Virus record (IMG/VR): IMGVR_UViG_3300035698_014365
Span: 12,710 to 76,709 of that record
Reading direction: 5' to 3' (one strand)
Length of the DNA: 64,000 bases
From: a virus
In this document: piece by piece, positions 1 through 10,740 of the stretch
Numbering within the stretch: the first letter of the stretch is position 1
Layout: the number at the start of each line of letters is the position of its first letter
Notes under the pieces: generated by a model
Database searches by the model: none
The model's input: the letters and a program-made list of their open reading frames with translations, nothing else
Told to the model about the DNA's origin: nothing
Made by a program: the position numbers and the translations under genes

Positions 1-55
1 GCCTTGTCGAGGCCCGACCAGTTCTCTATAACAACATTGCTGACTTTACGGATGG

Positions 56-337
56 TCACTTCTTATGGCTCCTGCCATTGCCGTTACGAGCTGCCGCCAC
101 CAACCACTTCACATCTGTCTGCACCGCGATGGACACCTCTTTGGTCTTCCTCACGTCACGCGCCAACTCCTTGTGGTCATTGCAGTGCCCGTTCACACCA
201 GAACACGCCTCTGCGCTGCCATTCTTCCCGCCGCGGACCTTGAATGCAAAGACGGTGACTACTATGCCACCCACCAGTCCGATTGAACCTTCGAGTACTC
301 CACCTAAAATATTCGACAGTGCGTTCGGGTCCATCAT
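56..337 (-). CDS. Small membrane protein, holin-like
   Basis: 93 aa with an N-terminal hydrophobic helix (GSIGLVGGIVVTVFAF) and a basic tail; follows the virion genes. Confidence 0.45.
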   Translation of the reverse strand: MMDPNALSNILGGVLEGSIGLVGGIVVTVFAFKVRGGKNGSAEACSGVNGHCNDHKELARDVRKTKEVSIAVQTDVKWLVAAARNGNGRSHKK

Positions 338-340
338 AAA

Positions 341-3300
341 CTACTCCTTGAGCAAGTCATTGTCAGATACAGAGTATGCCTTTATCTTGCCAAGTTTCTT
401 CAGCAGGAATTGTTGCCGTGCCATCTCGCCTACAAAACTCACGTGCTTCGCCAGTATCTTCTCCTGTACCTCCGGAGACTTGTTTTTCCATGCGTCCTTT
501 CCAGTGGCTCCCTGCTGTCTCTTGAGGGCACGCCGGAACTGTCGCGTCAGTAGCTCAGCCATGTACTTCTGCAGAGCCGCGCGCTCCTCACCAGAGATGT
601 TGAACTCAATGCGGTCCTTCGCCTTCGAGGCACCAATCTTTGCCAGCTCTTTGACATCCGCAGGGTCTACGCCCAGCTTGCTGATTGCATCCTTCTTGCT
701 GAACGTGAGCTTTCTCGGTGCACGCCTCGGAATCTGACCCGTTCTGCGCTCAGCCTCGTATGGGGTGAGCACCATTTCTATCATCGGGTCCACGTCGTAC
801 TTGGTTACGAACGCCGGGTTCAAGAACACATTGAACAGCGAGTTGCTGCCGCTCTTGAATATCTGCTTCTTGTCCAACCCCAGCGTGTTGTACGCCTCGG
901 GGAGCATCTTCTCAACAAACGGGAGCTTATTTATTACGTTATTCAGGGCGCGTTTGAATGTGTTGGGGTCGTGCTTCTCCCGGGCGGTGTTATCCATAGC
1001 CTGGCGAACCTGATACACGAACGTCGGCACGAATGATGCCGGTGCCTGCTCAAACACCCGGGCAAGGGCGCGGGTGTACTGCTTCCCCTCGTCGCCTGGT
1101 ACGCCACGACCGAACAGGGTCTGCAGCCCAGCCAGCGCAGGGGTCTCAGCAATGGACTGGGCGCCACCAGAGAACGCATCAACCGTGTTGTCGAATGCTG
1201 CCCCGTAGTCGCCACTCTCAAACGCACGCTCCTGTCGAGCCTGTGCAATATTCGCACCCAGCGACAGGGATATGGCAAGCGGCTGTGCCCAGTCGTAGGA
1301 CACAAGCATGTCGTCTTTTCTCTTCTTCGCAGCCTCGGCATCGGTGAACCCAGAGAAAACCCATCGCTTGAGCCCGGACACGTTCACCCGATATGGGCCG
1401 CCACCCGTCTGCTCGCGCTCGAAGGCCGTGACGTTGTAGTTCTCTGCATCCCCAGTGATTATTCCCATGTTGTACATGGCGTAACCCATGCCAGTGAGGC
1501 CACCACCACCAACGACCGCCCTTGTGAGCGACCGGACGAACTCGCGCTGATTAAACTCGTGTCCTGCAACCGCACGGCCGAGGTGGTACATCGACTTCAC
1601 CATGCCTGCCGGCGAGTACTCAAGCGCACGGGCCAGAAGGTTGGCCGGCGTCTTCGGATACTTCAGCACGAGGTCGCCAACACCGAAATCTTTCTTCGCA
1701 TTCAGCAATTTCTTGAGTGCAACGGCTCCCTCGGAAAGAAAGTTGTCGTCTTGGAACGTGACATACTTGCCGTACTGGTGAGCCAATTCAATGGCCGCAT
1801 CCGGGGCGTTCTTCATAAAGTCCTGAACGTATGCCTTGCGGTCTGCCTTCGGAACCTTGTTGTTGATCGCTGCCAGCTCGGCTATCTCCCCAACCAACTG
1901 GTTCTTTACCGTCTCGTACACGGCGCGGTCAGTGGCACCAAGCGACACACCAAGGGCCTTCTCGAGGAAGCCGAGTGTCTTCTCAGCATACTTGAACGGA
2001 CCCTCTGCACCCTTGCCGCGGAACGCAGCTCCCTGTATCTGGAACTTGGTTGAAACGTCGCCAGTGGGGAGCCCTTTTATGGAGCGCCGGGCGCCCTTCA
2101 TAAACCCCTTGTACATCTCCTCAAAGGCGTGCGTGCCACCCTTGCCGAGCGTCACTGAGCGTTCTCCGGTCACCCTGGAAACACCAATGTCTATGGCTGT
2201 CGCCGGAAGGTCTATAACTCGCTCTGCCGCCTGCATGAGTGAGTTGCCAATAACATTCCTGCCAAGCGTCTTTACGTTTAGGAGCTGTGCTATTGTCTGG
2301 AGCGCGCTGACCCTGCGCCAGAACTTCGGGGGTTTCAGCAACTCAAGCGTCTGTTGCACCTCAAGGATGGCCTCGGTACGCGCGTCGCCGGTCAGTTCCT
2401 CAATTGATGCAGTGCGCTCCTTCAGGTGCTCAAACATTTCCTGCGGCACGCTCTCGTCAGACTCAATGCGCTTCACCAGACGGTCAACAGCAGTTGCCTG
2501 CTCCCACAGGGCCTGCGTACGGGCACGCTCAGTCTTCAGAACCTTGCGAGCACGACGGTATATCTTCTGGAGGTGAGGCTGAACACGCTCATCCAGGTCA
2601 CCCATCATGGACTTCGACCACTCGCCAAACTTCAGCCCGGTCTCGCCAAGTTTCGCAGCACCGATAATCGCCAGGTCTGCCATCTCGTCACCCGGGAGCC
2701 CTGCGCGGGTCTTCGCCTGCGTCAGAGACTTCTTGTACTTGTCCATGCGCTCGGCAGCCATGGTGTTGAGGCGGCCCTGCAGCATCTTATTGAGGCTCGG
2801 CTTCTTTGCCTTACCCTTCAGAGGAACAGGCTCACTGCCAACCGCGTCGTGAATCTTTGTCTGCATCAGCTTCAGCGACTCAACGTCCGAAGACGTGAGC
2901 TCTCCGCTGCTGACCACGCGCTCGAGGACACCGAGAACCTGTTTGGTTTCCTTGTCCAACGTGTCCCATGTCTGAGCAATCTTAGCGAGCCTCTGCAGCT
3001 CCTTTGCGTCCTTGGTCTGCAGCACGAGCTTGCGCTTGTCGGGGCGAGTCTTATTTATCTGATCGAGGCGTCTCTGCCCAGCGACAAGCACGCCGGCGGG
3101 GTCTTTGAGAAGGCGCCCAAACACTCTGGCGGCCTGAATCTCCTGGCCAGCCTTGGTGAGGGCAACCGACGTTTCGGTAGCAATTTCAATAGCCTTCGAC
3201 ATCGCCGCATCGGCGCGCGCAGGATTGCCTGTGCCAGCCTTATTTGACACGGACTGATAGTGGTCAATAAGTCGCATGGCCACAACGGTCTTCTCAGAGC

Positions 3301-6300
3301 CGCTGGACTCGTCGGACTTCACCCACTGCTCAGCACCTTCCCACCCGCGCTCCCTAATGACCGCGTCGGCGTTCTTAATGCTCTCAACATTTGACTTGGG
3401 GGTATACAGACGCGAAGTTCCGCCAGGGCGACCCTTTTTCTCGGCCGTCTTGGGGAAACTGCGTTCTTTCTGCTTTGGCTGCTGCTTGGGCTTGGCCCCT
3501 GCCTTGGGTGGCGGGGGCTTCTTGGGCGGTTCAGCCTTGGGCGTTACTGGCTCTGGGGTTGGGGCTGGCTTCGGCGCTTCTGGCGTTCCGCCAGGCGCTT
3601 GTCCATCATCTCCAGATACTCCTCGTGTGTCAGCTTGTCCCAGCCGGCCCGCTTGTTCGCCATCTCCGTGGACATAATCTGAGTTCTCCTTCCATCGGCC
3701 CGCACGTGTCTCGTCTTCAATATATCGACGATTCCCGCCTGCGTCAATGTCTCTATTTGATACATCCCTCAAATACTGCTGTTTTGCGTCCTCTGCGTCA
3801 GCGCCTGCACTACCAGATGTGGCCATTGGGTCGCGCCCGACCACATGATCTGCTGCCCCAACGTCCATTCCAACGCCTGTGGGCATGCCACCGTTCTTTG
3901 GGTGAGAAAGTTCGTGCAGGCCAAGTCCTCGGATATACCCATCGTACTCTGAGGACGCCCTCTCTGCTGCCGCACGTGATTCGTCGGCAACACGGGCAGC
4001 ATCAGCACCATTGAGCTCGTCACCACCAGTGCGGTCAATCTTGGACTCCGGCGTGTCGAGCTCCTGCTTCAGGAAGTCGCCCCCTTTTCGCATGGCAATA
4101 TTGGCAGCATCGTGCCCCTTCAGCGGGTTGCCATCGGCATCCAAGTACTCAGGGTGCTTGCTTGCCCATTCTTTGCTGTAGTACTCACCGTTGGCGTCTG
4201 GTAGCTTGCCCTCAAAAAAGTCGTTGAGGCCACCGAGGTTGCGGAAGTCCACCGAGACTATCGAAAAGGGCTTCTTCAGGCTTGCGAGTCTGTATATCGA
4301 ATTGACATAGATAGGCCGCGTCGGCATATCCATGACCTCGTCGTGCGAAAGGTCGGCCAGCGCCTCGGTGTTTTTGCGAATCTTGTCGGAAACGCCGGGC
4401 TGCTGGGCTTCACGCACGAACGCAAGCGTCGGGTCAAGAATTTCCGCGGTGTTTTCTGGCTCGGTTGTGCCCTCAAACTTCTTCAGGACGCGCGCGCCTA
4501 TCTTGTCGGCCGCATCTACCTCGGGGCTCTTTGAAGTGCTTTCTGTGAGATTCTTTGTGGCATTTTCCGTGACCTTTGCCAGTTCCTGCGGTGTCGCTGG
4601 GGCCTTGAACTCCGGTTCGGGCTTTGTGTCCCCCGGCTTGGCGATATCCAATGTTGGCTGCTTCGGCCCCGCCCCGGGCTTTGGCTGCTCAAACTGTGCT
4701 CCGGGTTGCATCTTCGGCAGGGCGTCCCCGGCGAGCTTGTCTGCGACTGGCTCGAACAGCTCGTCTCTGCGGGCACCAAACTCGTCAACCTTCGCATCGG
4801 AAACGACTGCAAACCCCTCTTTGCCCTTGCCCTTGATCCATCCCTTTATCTCGGCGCGCTGCGCGCCCTGCAGAACCTTGAATTTGGCACCAGACGCCAC
4901 GTCGCGGATGGAAAACCCCTCTGCAATGGCGAGGTTCAGGAGCTCTTGCTTCATCCACTCCGCCGAGACAACATTTTCCCCGACAGCGCTCCCAACCCAA
5001 GCGTCATATGCGAGGTCGGCCAGCGGCTGTGCGAGAAGCTGCAGGGCGCCCGCGGGAGCATACACCTCTGGAATCACTGACACGAAGCCGGCGCCAGCAC
5101 CACGGGCGGCCGCAAAGAGGGCGTCGCCTAGTGCCACCTTGCCCTCTGTCAGGTCGTCGATAGTGCGTGCGCCAGACAGGCCACCCGCAACAATGGTTCT
5201 GGTCAGTGCAGATGTGAGAAATTTCGACTTAGCAATCCACGGAACGGTTTGGAGTCCCTTGCCCACAAGCCCCGCCATCCCAATGGACTGCAAAACTGTG
5301 CCAGAAATCTGTCCACCGACAAACAACTCGGGGTTTTCCTTGCGTGCCTGATCCACCATACGGTCTACGGCGCGGACATTCGTTGCAACCGAACGGCCAG
5401 CCTTACCAACTGCCCCGGGAACCTTGCCAACGGTTCCTTCGGCAAGGGATGCGATGCCCTTTCGGAGCAGACGGCTGCCCGGGACAGATTCACTAATTCC
5501 GGCAACGGTCGATACGAACGGGTTGACCCTCTCCTCAATTGCAACGTCTTCGATTAGCTGCTGGTTCACAGTCCGCTGTACATTGTCCCCCGAGCGGTCA
5601 AGGACCAATCTTTGCTGGTTCTCAGGCAGAGAGGCCAGCCAGCCCGCTGTGCCAACTTCACCGTCACCCTCAAGCCCTTGTGACTTCGCCAGATTGCGTA
5701 GCTCGCGCGCGCTGACACCGACCAGCGGTTTACGCGAAGCCTCATTGCGACTGTTCGCAACAACAGTTTCTTCGCGCTCGGGAAGGGCGGGCGCCACAGG
5801 ATCGTCAGACGCCGCAACAAAGTCCTCGCCAGCGTAGAGGTGCCCGGGGGGCGCCTCCTCCTGCCCCACGCGCAACTGGCGCTCCTCCTCTGTCTCTGCT
5901 GGAGGGGTTGTTGGCTCAATGTCAACACGAGTGGCGTCAGGAACAGCAGCCTCAGTAAGGGTGCGCTCGGGGCCCGGGGGAGCCATGGGGCCTTCGCCAA
6001 GAACCTCTCCTAGAATTCCGGTGCGGTCCGGTCCAGCAGGTTCAGGTGCAGGCGCTGGAGCAGGGGCACTCGGGGCTGCCGCGCCCGGCTCAACGAATAT
6101 CTCTGACAGGTTCTGGGAGATGGCCTGTGACTCCCACCCGCCGTAGGCATCGAGACCACCAAGGGCAGACGACAGACCCGCAATACGCCCCTCGTCCCCA
6201 GAGGACAACACCTCTGTGACGTTGGAGCGGATGTCGTCCGGAGACCACCCTGAGTATGCAGGGAGTGCGGACGCCGCGCCAAGAAAACTATCCTGACGTG

Positions 6301-6316
6301 CGATATCGAGAGGCAC
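341..6316 (-). CDS. Giant internal virion/DNA ejection (polyvalent-type) protein with a GGDEF-like domain
   Basis: 1991 aa; last and largest of a run of Ala/Gly/Gln-rich genes after the tail genes; motifs IVSVDFRNLGGLND...GHDAAN...RTGGDEL at ~3770-4335. Confidence 0.75.
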   Translation of the reverse strand: MPLDIARQDSFLGAASALPAYSGWSPDDIRSNVTEVLSSGDEGRIAGLSSALGGLDAYGGWESQAISQNLSEIFVEPGAAAPSAPAPAPAPEPAGPDRTGILGEVLGEGPMAPPGPERTLTEAAVPDATRVDIEPTTPPAETEEERQLRVGQEEAPPGHLYAGEDFVAASDDPVAPALPEREETVVANSRNEASRKPLVGVSARELRNLAKSQGLEGDGEVGTAGWLASLPENQQRLVLDRSGDNVQRTVNQQLIEDVAIEERVNPFVSTVAGISESVPGSRLLRKGIASLAEGTVGKVPGAVGKAGRSVATNVRAVDRMVDQARKENPELFVGGQISGTVLQSIGMAGLVGKGLQTVPWIAKSKFLTSALTRTIVAGGLSGARTIDDLTEGKVALGDALFAAARGAGAGFVSVIPEVYAPAGALQLLAQPLADLAYDAWVGSAVGENVVSAEWMKQELLNLAIAEGFSIRDVASGAKFKVLQGAQRAEIKGWIKGKGKEGFAVVSDAKVDEFGARRDELFEPVADKLAGDALPKMQPGAQFEQPKPGAGPKQPTLDIAKPGDTKPEPEFKAPATPQELAKVTENATKNLTESTSKSPEVDAADKIGARVLKKFEGTTEPENTAEILDPTLAFVREAQQPGVSDKIRKNTEALADLSHDEVMDMPTRPIYVNSIYRLASLKKPFSIVSVDFRNLGGLNDFFEGKLPDANGEYYSKEWASKHPEYLDADGNPLKGHDAANIAMRKGGDFLKQELDTPESKIDRTGGDELNGADAARVADESRAAAERASSEYDGYIRGLGLHELSHPKNGGMPTGVGMDVGAADHVVGRDPMATSGSAGADAEDAKQQYLRDVSNRDIDAGGNRRYIEDETRAGRWKENSDYVHGDGEQAGRLGQADTRGVSGDDGQAPGGTPEAPKPAPTPEPVTPKAEPPKKPPPPKAGAKPKQQPKQKERSFPKTAEKKGRPGGTSRLYTPKSNVESIKNADAVIRERGWEGAEQWVKSDESSGSEKTVVAMRLIDHYQSVSNKAGTGNPARADAAMSKAIEIATETSVALTKAGQEIQAARVFGRLLKDPAGVLVAGQRRLDQINKTRPDKRKLVLQTKDAKELQRLAKIAQTWDTLDKETKQVLGVLERVVSSGELTSSDVESLKLMQTKIHDAVGSEPVPLKGKAKKPSLNKMLQGRLNTMAAERMDKYKKSLTQAKTRAGLPGDEMADLAIIGAAKLGETGLKFGEWSKSMMGDLDERVQPHLQKIYRRARKVLKTERARTQALWEQATAVDRLVKRIESDESVPQEMFEHLKERTASIEELTGDARTEAILEVQQTLELLKPPKFWRRVSALQTIAQLLNVKTLGRNVIGNSLMQAAERVIDLPATAIDIGVSRVTGERSVTLGKGGTHAFEEMYKGFMKGARRSIKGLPTGDVSTKFQIQGAAFRGKGAEGPFKYAEKTLGFLEKALGVSLGATDRAVYETVKNQLVGEIAELAAINNKVPKADRKAYVQDFMKNAPDAAIELAHQYGKYVTFQDDNFLSEGAVALKKLLNAKKDFGVGDLVLKYPKTPANLLARALEYSPAGMVKSMYHLGRAVAGHEFNQREFVRSLTRAVVGGGGLTGMGYAMYNMGIITGDAENYNVTAFEREQTGGGPYRVNVSGLKRWVFSGFTDAEAAKKRKDDMLVSYDWAQPLAISLSLGANIAQARQERAFESGDYGAAFDNTVDAFSGGAQSIAETPALAGLQTLFGRGVPGDEGKQYTRALARVFEQAPASFVPTFVYQVRQAMDNTAREKHDPNTFKRALNNVINKLPFVEKMLPEAYNTLGLDKKQIFKSGSNSLFNVFLNPAFVTKYDVDPMIEMVLTPYEAERRTGQIPRRAPRKLTFSKKDAISKLGVDPADVKELAKIGASKAKDRIEFNISGEERAALQKYMAELLTRQFRRALKRQQGATGKDAWKNKSPEVQEKILAKHVSFVGEMARQQFLLKKLGKIKAYSVSDNDLLKE

Positions 6317-7722
6317 TAAAATCCTCCGCCACGGTTATCCGCTGGTGCGCCGCCTCCCCCTCCACCGCTCTGCTGTGCAAGAATAGCCTGCACGGCCTTC
6401 AAGTCCTCCGGTGTTGGCTGTGGCATCTCCGAGTCCTCGGCCAGCTTTGGAGAATACATGTGTGCAAGGGCCGCACGATACCGAGGAACAGCCCACACCT
6501 GTGCCGCTGCCGAGTTGGGGAGAATGCGATAAGTCGTCTTGCCAAATGCATCAGTGTCAGCCTGAACACTCTTCGGGAATATTGCTTGGAGCTCACGCTT
6601 CAAGACTGTGCTCAAATCCTTCTCGGACTGGCCGGCAGTCTTCGGAGTCGGCGACTTGGGTGCAGCCGCACCGCTGGCCTTCTGTGTCGCCAGCTTTTTC
6701 TGCTCCTCGGCAGCCTTGATTTCTCCCTGGTAGCGAATCCCATCATTCTCGAGCTTGCCTTTGAGGTCCAGCAACTCGTCCTTGTCAGTGGGCAGCCCGG
6801 TCTCCTGCGCCATCTGCTGTATTTTGATGTTCGCCTTCTCGTCAGGCCCACCAGCCATGAGCTTCAGGAGCTTGTCAACATCCGAGGTTTTTTTCTTTGA
6901 CCCTGCGAGCTGTTCCTGCTTGCCGTACACATAGAAGTTGGCACCCGTAATGGACTGGAGCCCGCCACGCGCCTTCGTCTCAGTAAGGAGCTGCTGATCA
7001 GGGTCTTGGCCCATCTCGGGAGTGCGGCCCTGCTGAATAAGCTGCTTTTCTTTCTCCTGAAGCTGAGAGCCGGGGCCGGTGGCGGCAATCTCTTGTCCAG
7101 TCACATCGGGGACCGACCCAGCGACCTGTTGGGTAAGCTCCTGCGTGCTCTGTGCCCCGGGAATCAACTGGCTCGGTGGCTCCTGTGGAGGCAAATCATC
7201 TGCAGGCCCGAGCCTCTGGGCGAGCTCCGGGTTCTCAACATTGCTCCTGCCAATATCCTCGTCGGTTGGAGCGGCGCCCTGTGGCCCCATCATACTCACC
7301 TGCGAGGACTGGCCGGCGATGTTGGCCGTCTCGGCTATTGTGCTCTTGCGGCGATCCTTGGCCTGTTTCTCCCATATAGGAAAGCTCATACCAAAAATGG
7401 GGGGCGTGTCAAGCCCAAGCTCGGCAACAGCCCTCTTCTGAAGCTCGTACTGGGCGACGTAGTTAAGGAACTTATCAGGCTCCTCTATTGAGTCCACCCT
7501 CTTTTTCATTGCCGAGCGCTTCTGCTGGCTCCAGTCCGACGCCGTAGGAGAGGCCAATAGCTGGGCTGTAAATTCGCTCTTTGTGGCAGTGAAGTTCTTC
7601 ATCTTCTTGCGCAGCTCGGCCGCAGCAACCGTGTTGTCAGCAGATCTTCCAACCTTGCCGAGTTGCGACGCTATCTTACCAAAACCGCCAATAAAGTCTG
7701 TTACAGGGTATGGAGCGCCCAT
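6316..7722 (-). CDS. Putative internal virion protein
   Basis: 468 aa, Gln/Ala/Lys-rich and helical; lies among the putative ejection proteins. Confidence 0.55.
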   Translation of the reverse strand: MGAPYPVTDFIGGFGKIASQLGKVGRSADNTVAAAELRKKMKNFTATKSEFTAQLLASPTASDWSQQKRSAMKKRVDSIEEPDKFLNYVAQYELQKRAVAELGLDTPPIFGMSFPIWEKQAKDRRKSTIAETANIAGQSSQVSMMGPQGAAPTDEDIGRSNVENPELAQRLGPADDLPPQEPPSQLIPGAQSTQELTQQVAGSVPDVTGQEIAATGPGSQLQEKEKQLIQQGRTPEMGQDPDQQLLTETKARGGLQSITGANFYVYGKQEQLAGSKKKTSDVDKLLKLMAGGPDEKANIKIQQMAQETGLPTDKDELLDLKGKLENDGIRYQGEIKAAEEQKKLATQKASGAAAPKSPTPKTAGQSEKDLSTVLKRELQAIFPKSVQADTDAFGKTTYRILPNSAAAQVWAVPRYRAALAHMYSPKLAEDSEMPQPTPEDLKAVQAILAQQSGGGGGGAPADNRGGGF

Positions 7723-7725
7723 CTG

Positions 7726-8088
7726 CTACCTCCCGGTTTTCCAAACTTGCATAAGGTTGTTGCGCAGCCCAGGGGATTTGTTGAGAACCCCATTAAAGTT
7801 CTGCTGAAAGGCCTGGGCTTTCTGGTAGTCGCCCTCCTCTTCCCTCCACTTCCACTCGCGTGCACTCTGCTGTCTCTGGAACGCCAACTGGCTACGCTGT
7901 GCCGCGATAGATGAGGCGAGGCTTCTTTTTTTGAGAGAAAAGTCCCGCGCATTTATCATCATTGCCTCGCGGCGAGCCTCCTCGTCGGCTTCTTCCTGCT
8001 TGGACATCCCAATGGCGCTCAATACGAGGCCACCGATATCCGCAATGGTACTGAGTGTGCCCGCTCCCGCCACTGTTCCTACACCCAT
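7726..8088 (-). CDS. Small internal virion (DNA pilot-like) protein
   Basis: 120 aa; Gly/Ala hydrophobic N-terminus followed by a Gln/Glu coiled coil, typical of small podovirus ejection proteins. Confidence 0.6.
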   Translation of the reverse strand: MGVGTVAGAGTLSTIADIGGLVLSAIGMSKQEEADEEARREAMMINARDFSLKKRSLASSIAAQRSQLAFQRQQSAREWKWREEEGDYQKAQAFQQNFNGVLNKSPGLRNNLMQVWKTGR

Positions 8089-8102
8089 ATCATACCCCCC
8101 CC

Positions 8103-10316
8103 CTAGAAAGTCCCTACTGCGTTTTCGCCTACGAGGGCGCCCTCAAGACCACTCCTGTTTTCGCTGCTCCAAAGGTGGCGAGACACCCCCATCGAATAGA
8201 ACTTCCACATACTTACGATCTGGGACTCGCCCCAGCCCTTGGCGGCAAAGTTGTCGTAAACGGCCATCGGAACGACCTCTGTCAACGTAGTCCCGTCTGC
8301 CACCATTGTTGCGAGTTCGTCAGGCGAATATCCATAGTTGTCAAACCACCCAAGCTCTACCTGTCTTGCTGTTATTGGATCTCCAGCAGTGGTCGGTTCA
8401 ATATTTCTACGGATGTCATCAGAAACAAGTGGTGCAACAGTGTCGTTCATCCACCGCCCGGTCCTCGCCCAGTCCTCAACTGTCATATTCGGGGCTATTT
8501 CTGACAGCAGGTTAGAAAGCTCAAGAGAGTTGGCCGCCTTCTTATCAGGGTTATCGGTTGAATTGTGCTCTGAGGTAAGACGCCAAATGCGCTCAAACTC
8601 GGCCTCAAAGTCGGCGGGGTTTGACATGATTGTAAGCATGTTTTGGCCTCCGCTATTGTACCATGTCTCAAACTCCTGCGTTGTCGGCTGACCAAGGTTC
8701 TCCCACACGCTCTGGGTAGCGTTCTCCGCAAGCTCAGGGTTCAGGTTCTCGGTGAAAGTACCGAAGGCAGTCGCTCGCTGCTCTGGCGTCACGGCTAGAC
8801 CACCGCCGGGGCCCCCACCGCCCCCAGGAACGCTGAGTCCAAGACTCTCAAGCATGTCGTAGTCTATCTGGAACTTGCCATCTGCGTCGAACGTCCCAAC
8901 GCCAAGGAGATGCATCTTCCCAATCGTGGACCGGGCTTCCGCGGGGTCCATGTCCGGGAACAGCGTTGCAAGCGTATCGTCGTCCAGGGAATTCATGGCC
9001 TGGTAGACAGGGTCTCCGTTGAGTGCCATCTTCTCATACATAGCCTTGGCCGACTCTGGCGCCATCCCAAGCATGTCGATGGTCCCGTCGTTCTGCATTG
9101 CGGTGAATGCATCGTCCCAGCCCATGCCGCTTGCAATGTACTTGGTTATATTCTCCATGCCAGACGCAAAGTCAGCACGCGACTCTGCGGTCAGCATCCT
9201 GTCGGTGTTCAGCGGAACCCCATACAAGGACTCAAACGCAGTAGACGCCTGTGCGAAGTTGTCTGCTCCGCCAGCCTCTATGAGGGCCTGTGCGGCATCT
9301 ACCTTTCGAGTGTACTCCTGCTGAGACTTCTGCAGGCCAAGTGTCGCCATGCTGTTCACCGCCTGCATCTGACGCGCAGCGGCCTGCTCGTTGATGCCGC
9401 GCATCGCTTCGACTTCCTGCCCACCAAACTGGCCCTGAAGCATCGCGCGCTCAGTAAGGCCCTCGCGACCAGTCATGCCAAGCTGAGACATGTCCTGCGC
9501 AAGCGCACCAGAGGCAGCCTGCTCCTCGCCCTTCAAACGCATGCGCTCCGACTGGCGTTGCTGGTCAAGCTGCGGGTCTTGCCCTGCGGCAATCTGGCTC
9601 ATAATACCAGTGCTCTGATTGAACAGGCTGTCGCCCTGGCCAACCTGTGCCACGGGTGTCGTAGCAGCGGGGTCTGCCGGGGGGTTATTCAATGCATCCA
9701 AGTTCGCGTTAGGCGCATTGGGGTCACCGGTGGCGCTCAGATCAAGGTTCAAATTCCCCATCTGTGTCGATGGTACAGCGCCCGCACCTGCTGCCACCCC
9801 GTCAGAGGTTGCCAGTGGAAGATCCAGGTTTCCCATCTGTGCCGATGACCTACCTCCCCTCAGGCTACCCTTCGCAACGGCTGCAGGGGGCCTTGCCCCA
9901 CCCAAAACACGCGGGTCAACTCCCGCAGCAGCCCTTCCACCGGACCCCTTGGCTTCGGCTGCTGATGGCCTAAATGTCCCGCCCCTCTGCGCCCCTGGAA
10001 TCCCATAATCCCGTTCAATTCCCTTGAGCTGCGACTGGCTGACCGGAGTAACCGTCATGCTGCCATCGGGGTTGCGCGTCAAGTCCTCTCCTTCATGGAG
10101 CATCAGGGGGCCTTCCTGCGTCCCGACCATCTGTGTCGGGTTGGATGGCTGTAGTTGCCCATCTTCACCGAGACCAGTGTTGCCAAGGGCCTGTGAGCCA
10201 AGCGGCGGCCCCGCGGCCACTGCCAACTGCTTGCGCAGCTCCTTCAGGGACTTCGACTCTTTGCGCGAAGCGCGAGTCTGTTCTTCCTTGAGCCACTTAT
10301 ATCTCGACTTAGCCAT
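8103..10316 (-). CDS. Putative internal virion protein
   Basis: 737 aa, Gly/Ala/Gln/Met-rich, with short internal repeats (QMGNLxL twice). Confidence 0.55.
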   Translation of the reverse strand: MAKSRYKWLKEEQTRASRKESKSLKELRKQLAVAAGPPLGSQALGNTGLGEDGQLQPSNPTQMVGTQEGPLMLHEGEDLTRNPDGSMTVTPVSQSQLKGIERDYGIPGAQRGGTFRPSAAEAKGSGGRAAAGVDPRVLGGARPPAAVAKGSLRGGRSSAQMGNLDLPLATSDGVAAGAGAVPSTQMGNLNLDLSATGDPNAPNANLDALNNPPADPAATTPVAQVGQGDSLFNQSTGIMSQIAAGQDPQLDQQRQSERMRLKGEEQAASGALAQDMSQLGMTGREGLTERAMLQGQFGGQEVEAMRGINEQAAARQMQAVNSMATLGLQKSQQEYTRKVDAAQALIEAGGADNFAQASTAFESLYGVPLNTDRMLTAESRADFASGMENITKYIASGMGWDDAFTAMQNDGTIDMLGMAPESAKAMYEKMALNGDPVYQAMNSLDDDTLATLFPDMDPAEARSTIGKMHLLGVGTFDADGKFQIDYDMLESLGLSVPGGGGGPGGGLAVTPEQRATAFGTFTENLNPELAENATQSVWENLGQPTTQEFETWYNSGGQNMLTIMSNPADFEAEFERIWRLTSEHNSTDNPDKKAANSLELSNLLSEIAPNMTVEDWARTGRWMNDTVAPLVSDDIRRNIEPTTAGDPITARQVELGWFDNYGYSPDELATMVADGTTLTEVVPMAVYDNFAAKGWGESQIVSMWKFYSMGVSRHLWSSENRSGLEGALVGENAVGTF

Positions 10317-10326
10317 TGACTACTCC

Positions 10327-10731
10327 TTACAGGCGAACGCTGCCAAGGAACTTGATTTCACGTGCATCGGTATCAGCATGCCGACTTTCGGTGCCGCGCT
10401 TCCATGAGGTGCCAAAGTAGATGCGCATGAAGCACAACGGGTGTGTCTGGCGACCGGCCAGAACGTACCGGTCAATCTCTTGCTCTGTCTGCCCCATCAG
10501 GTAACCGACAACAGACTCGCCCTTGTCGGTGTCCCCAAGCACAACCCCCATGTCAACGAAGTTCGCGCGGGTCGTCTCGACGACGGCGCTGAGCCCCATC
10601 TCCGTGACGTAGGCACTTGTGCCCTTGCGAATCTCGTCGATGTCCACATAGTCACCCGAGACACGCGCCGGATTGTCGAACCAGCCATTCAAAATCGGGT
10701 AAGACATACTTGCTCTCTCGCGTACAGCCAT
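10327..10731 (-). CDS. Hypothetical protein (virion region)
   Basis: 134-aa ORF with an AGGAGG RBS. Confidence 0.55.
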   Translation of the reverse strand: MAVRERASMSYPILNGWFDNPARVSGDYVDIDEIRKGTSAYVTEMGLSAVVETTRANFVDMGVVLGDTDKGESVVGYLMGQTEQEIDRYVLAGRQTHPLCFMRIYFGTSWKRGTESRHADTDAREIKFLGSVRL

Positions 10732-10740
10732 GCCATCCTC

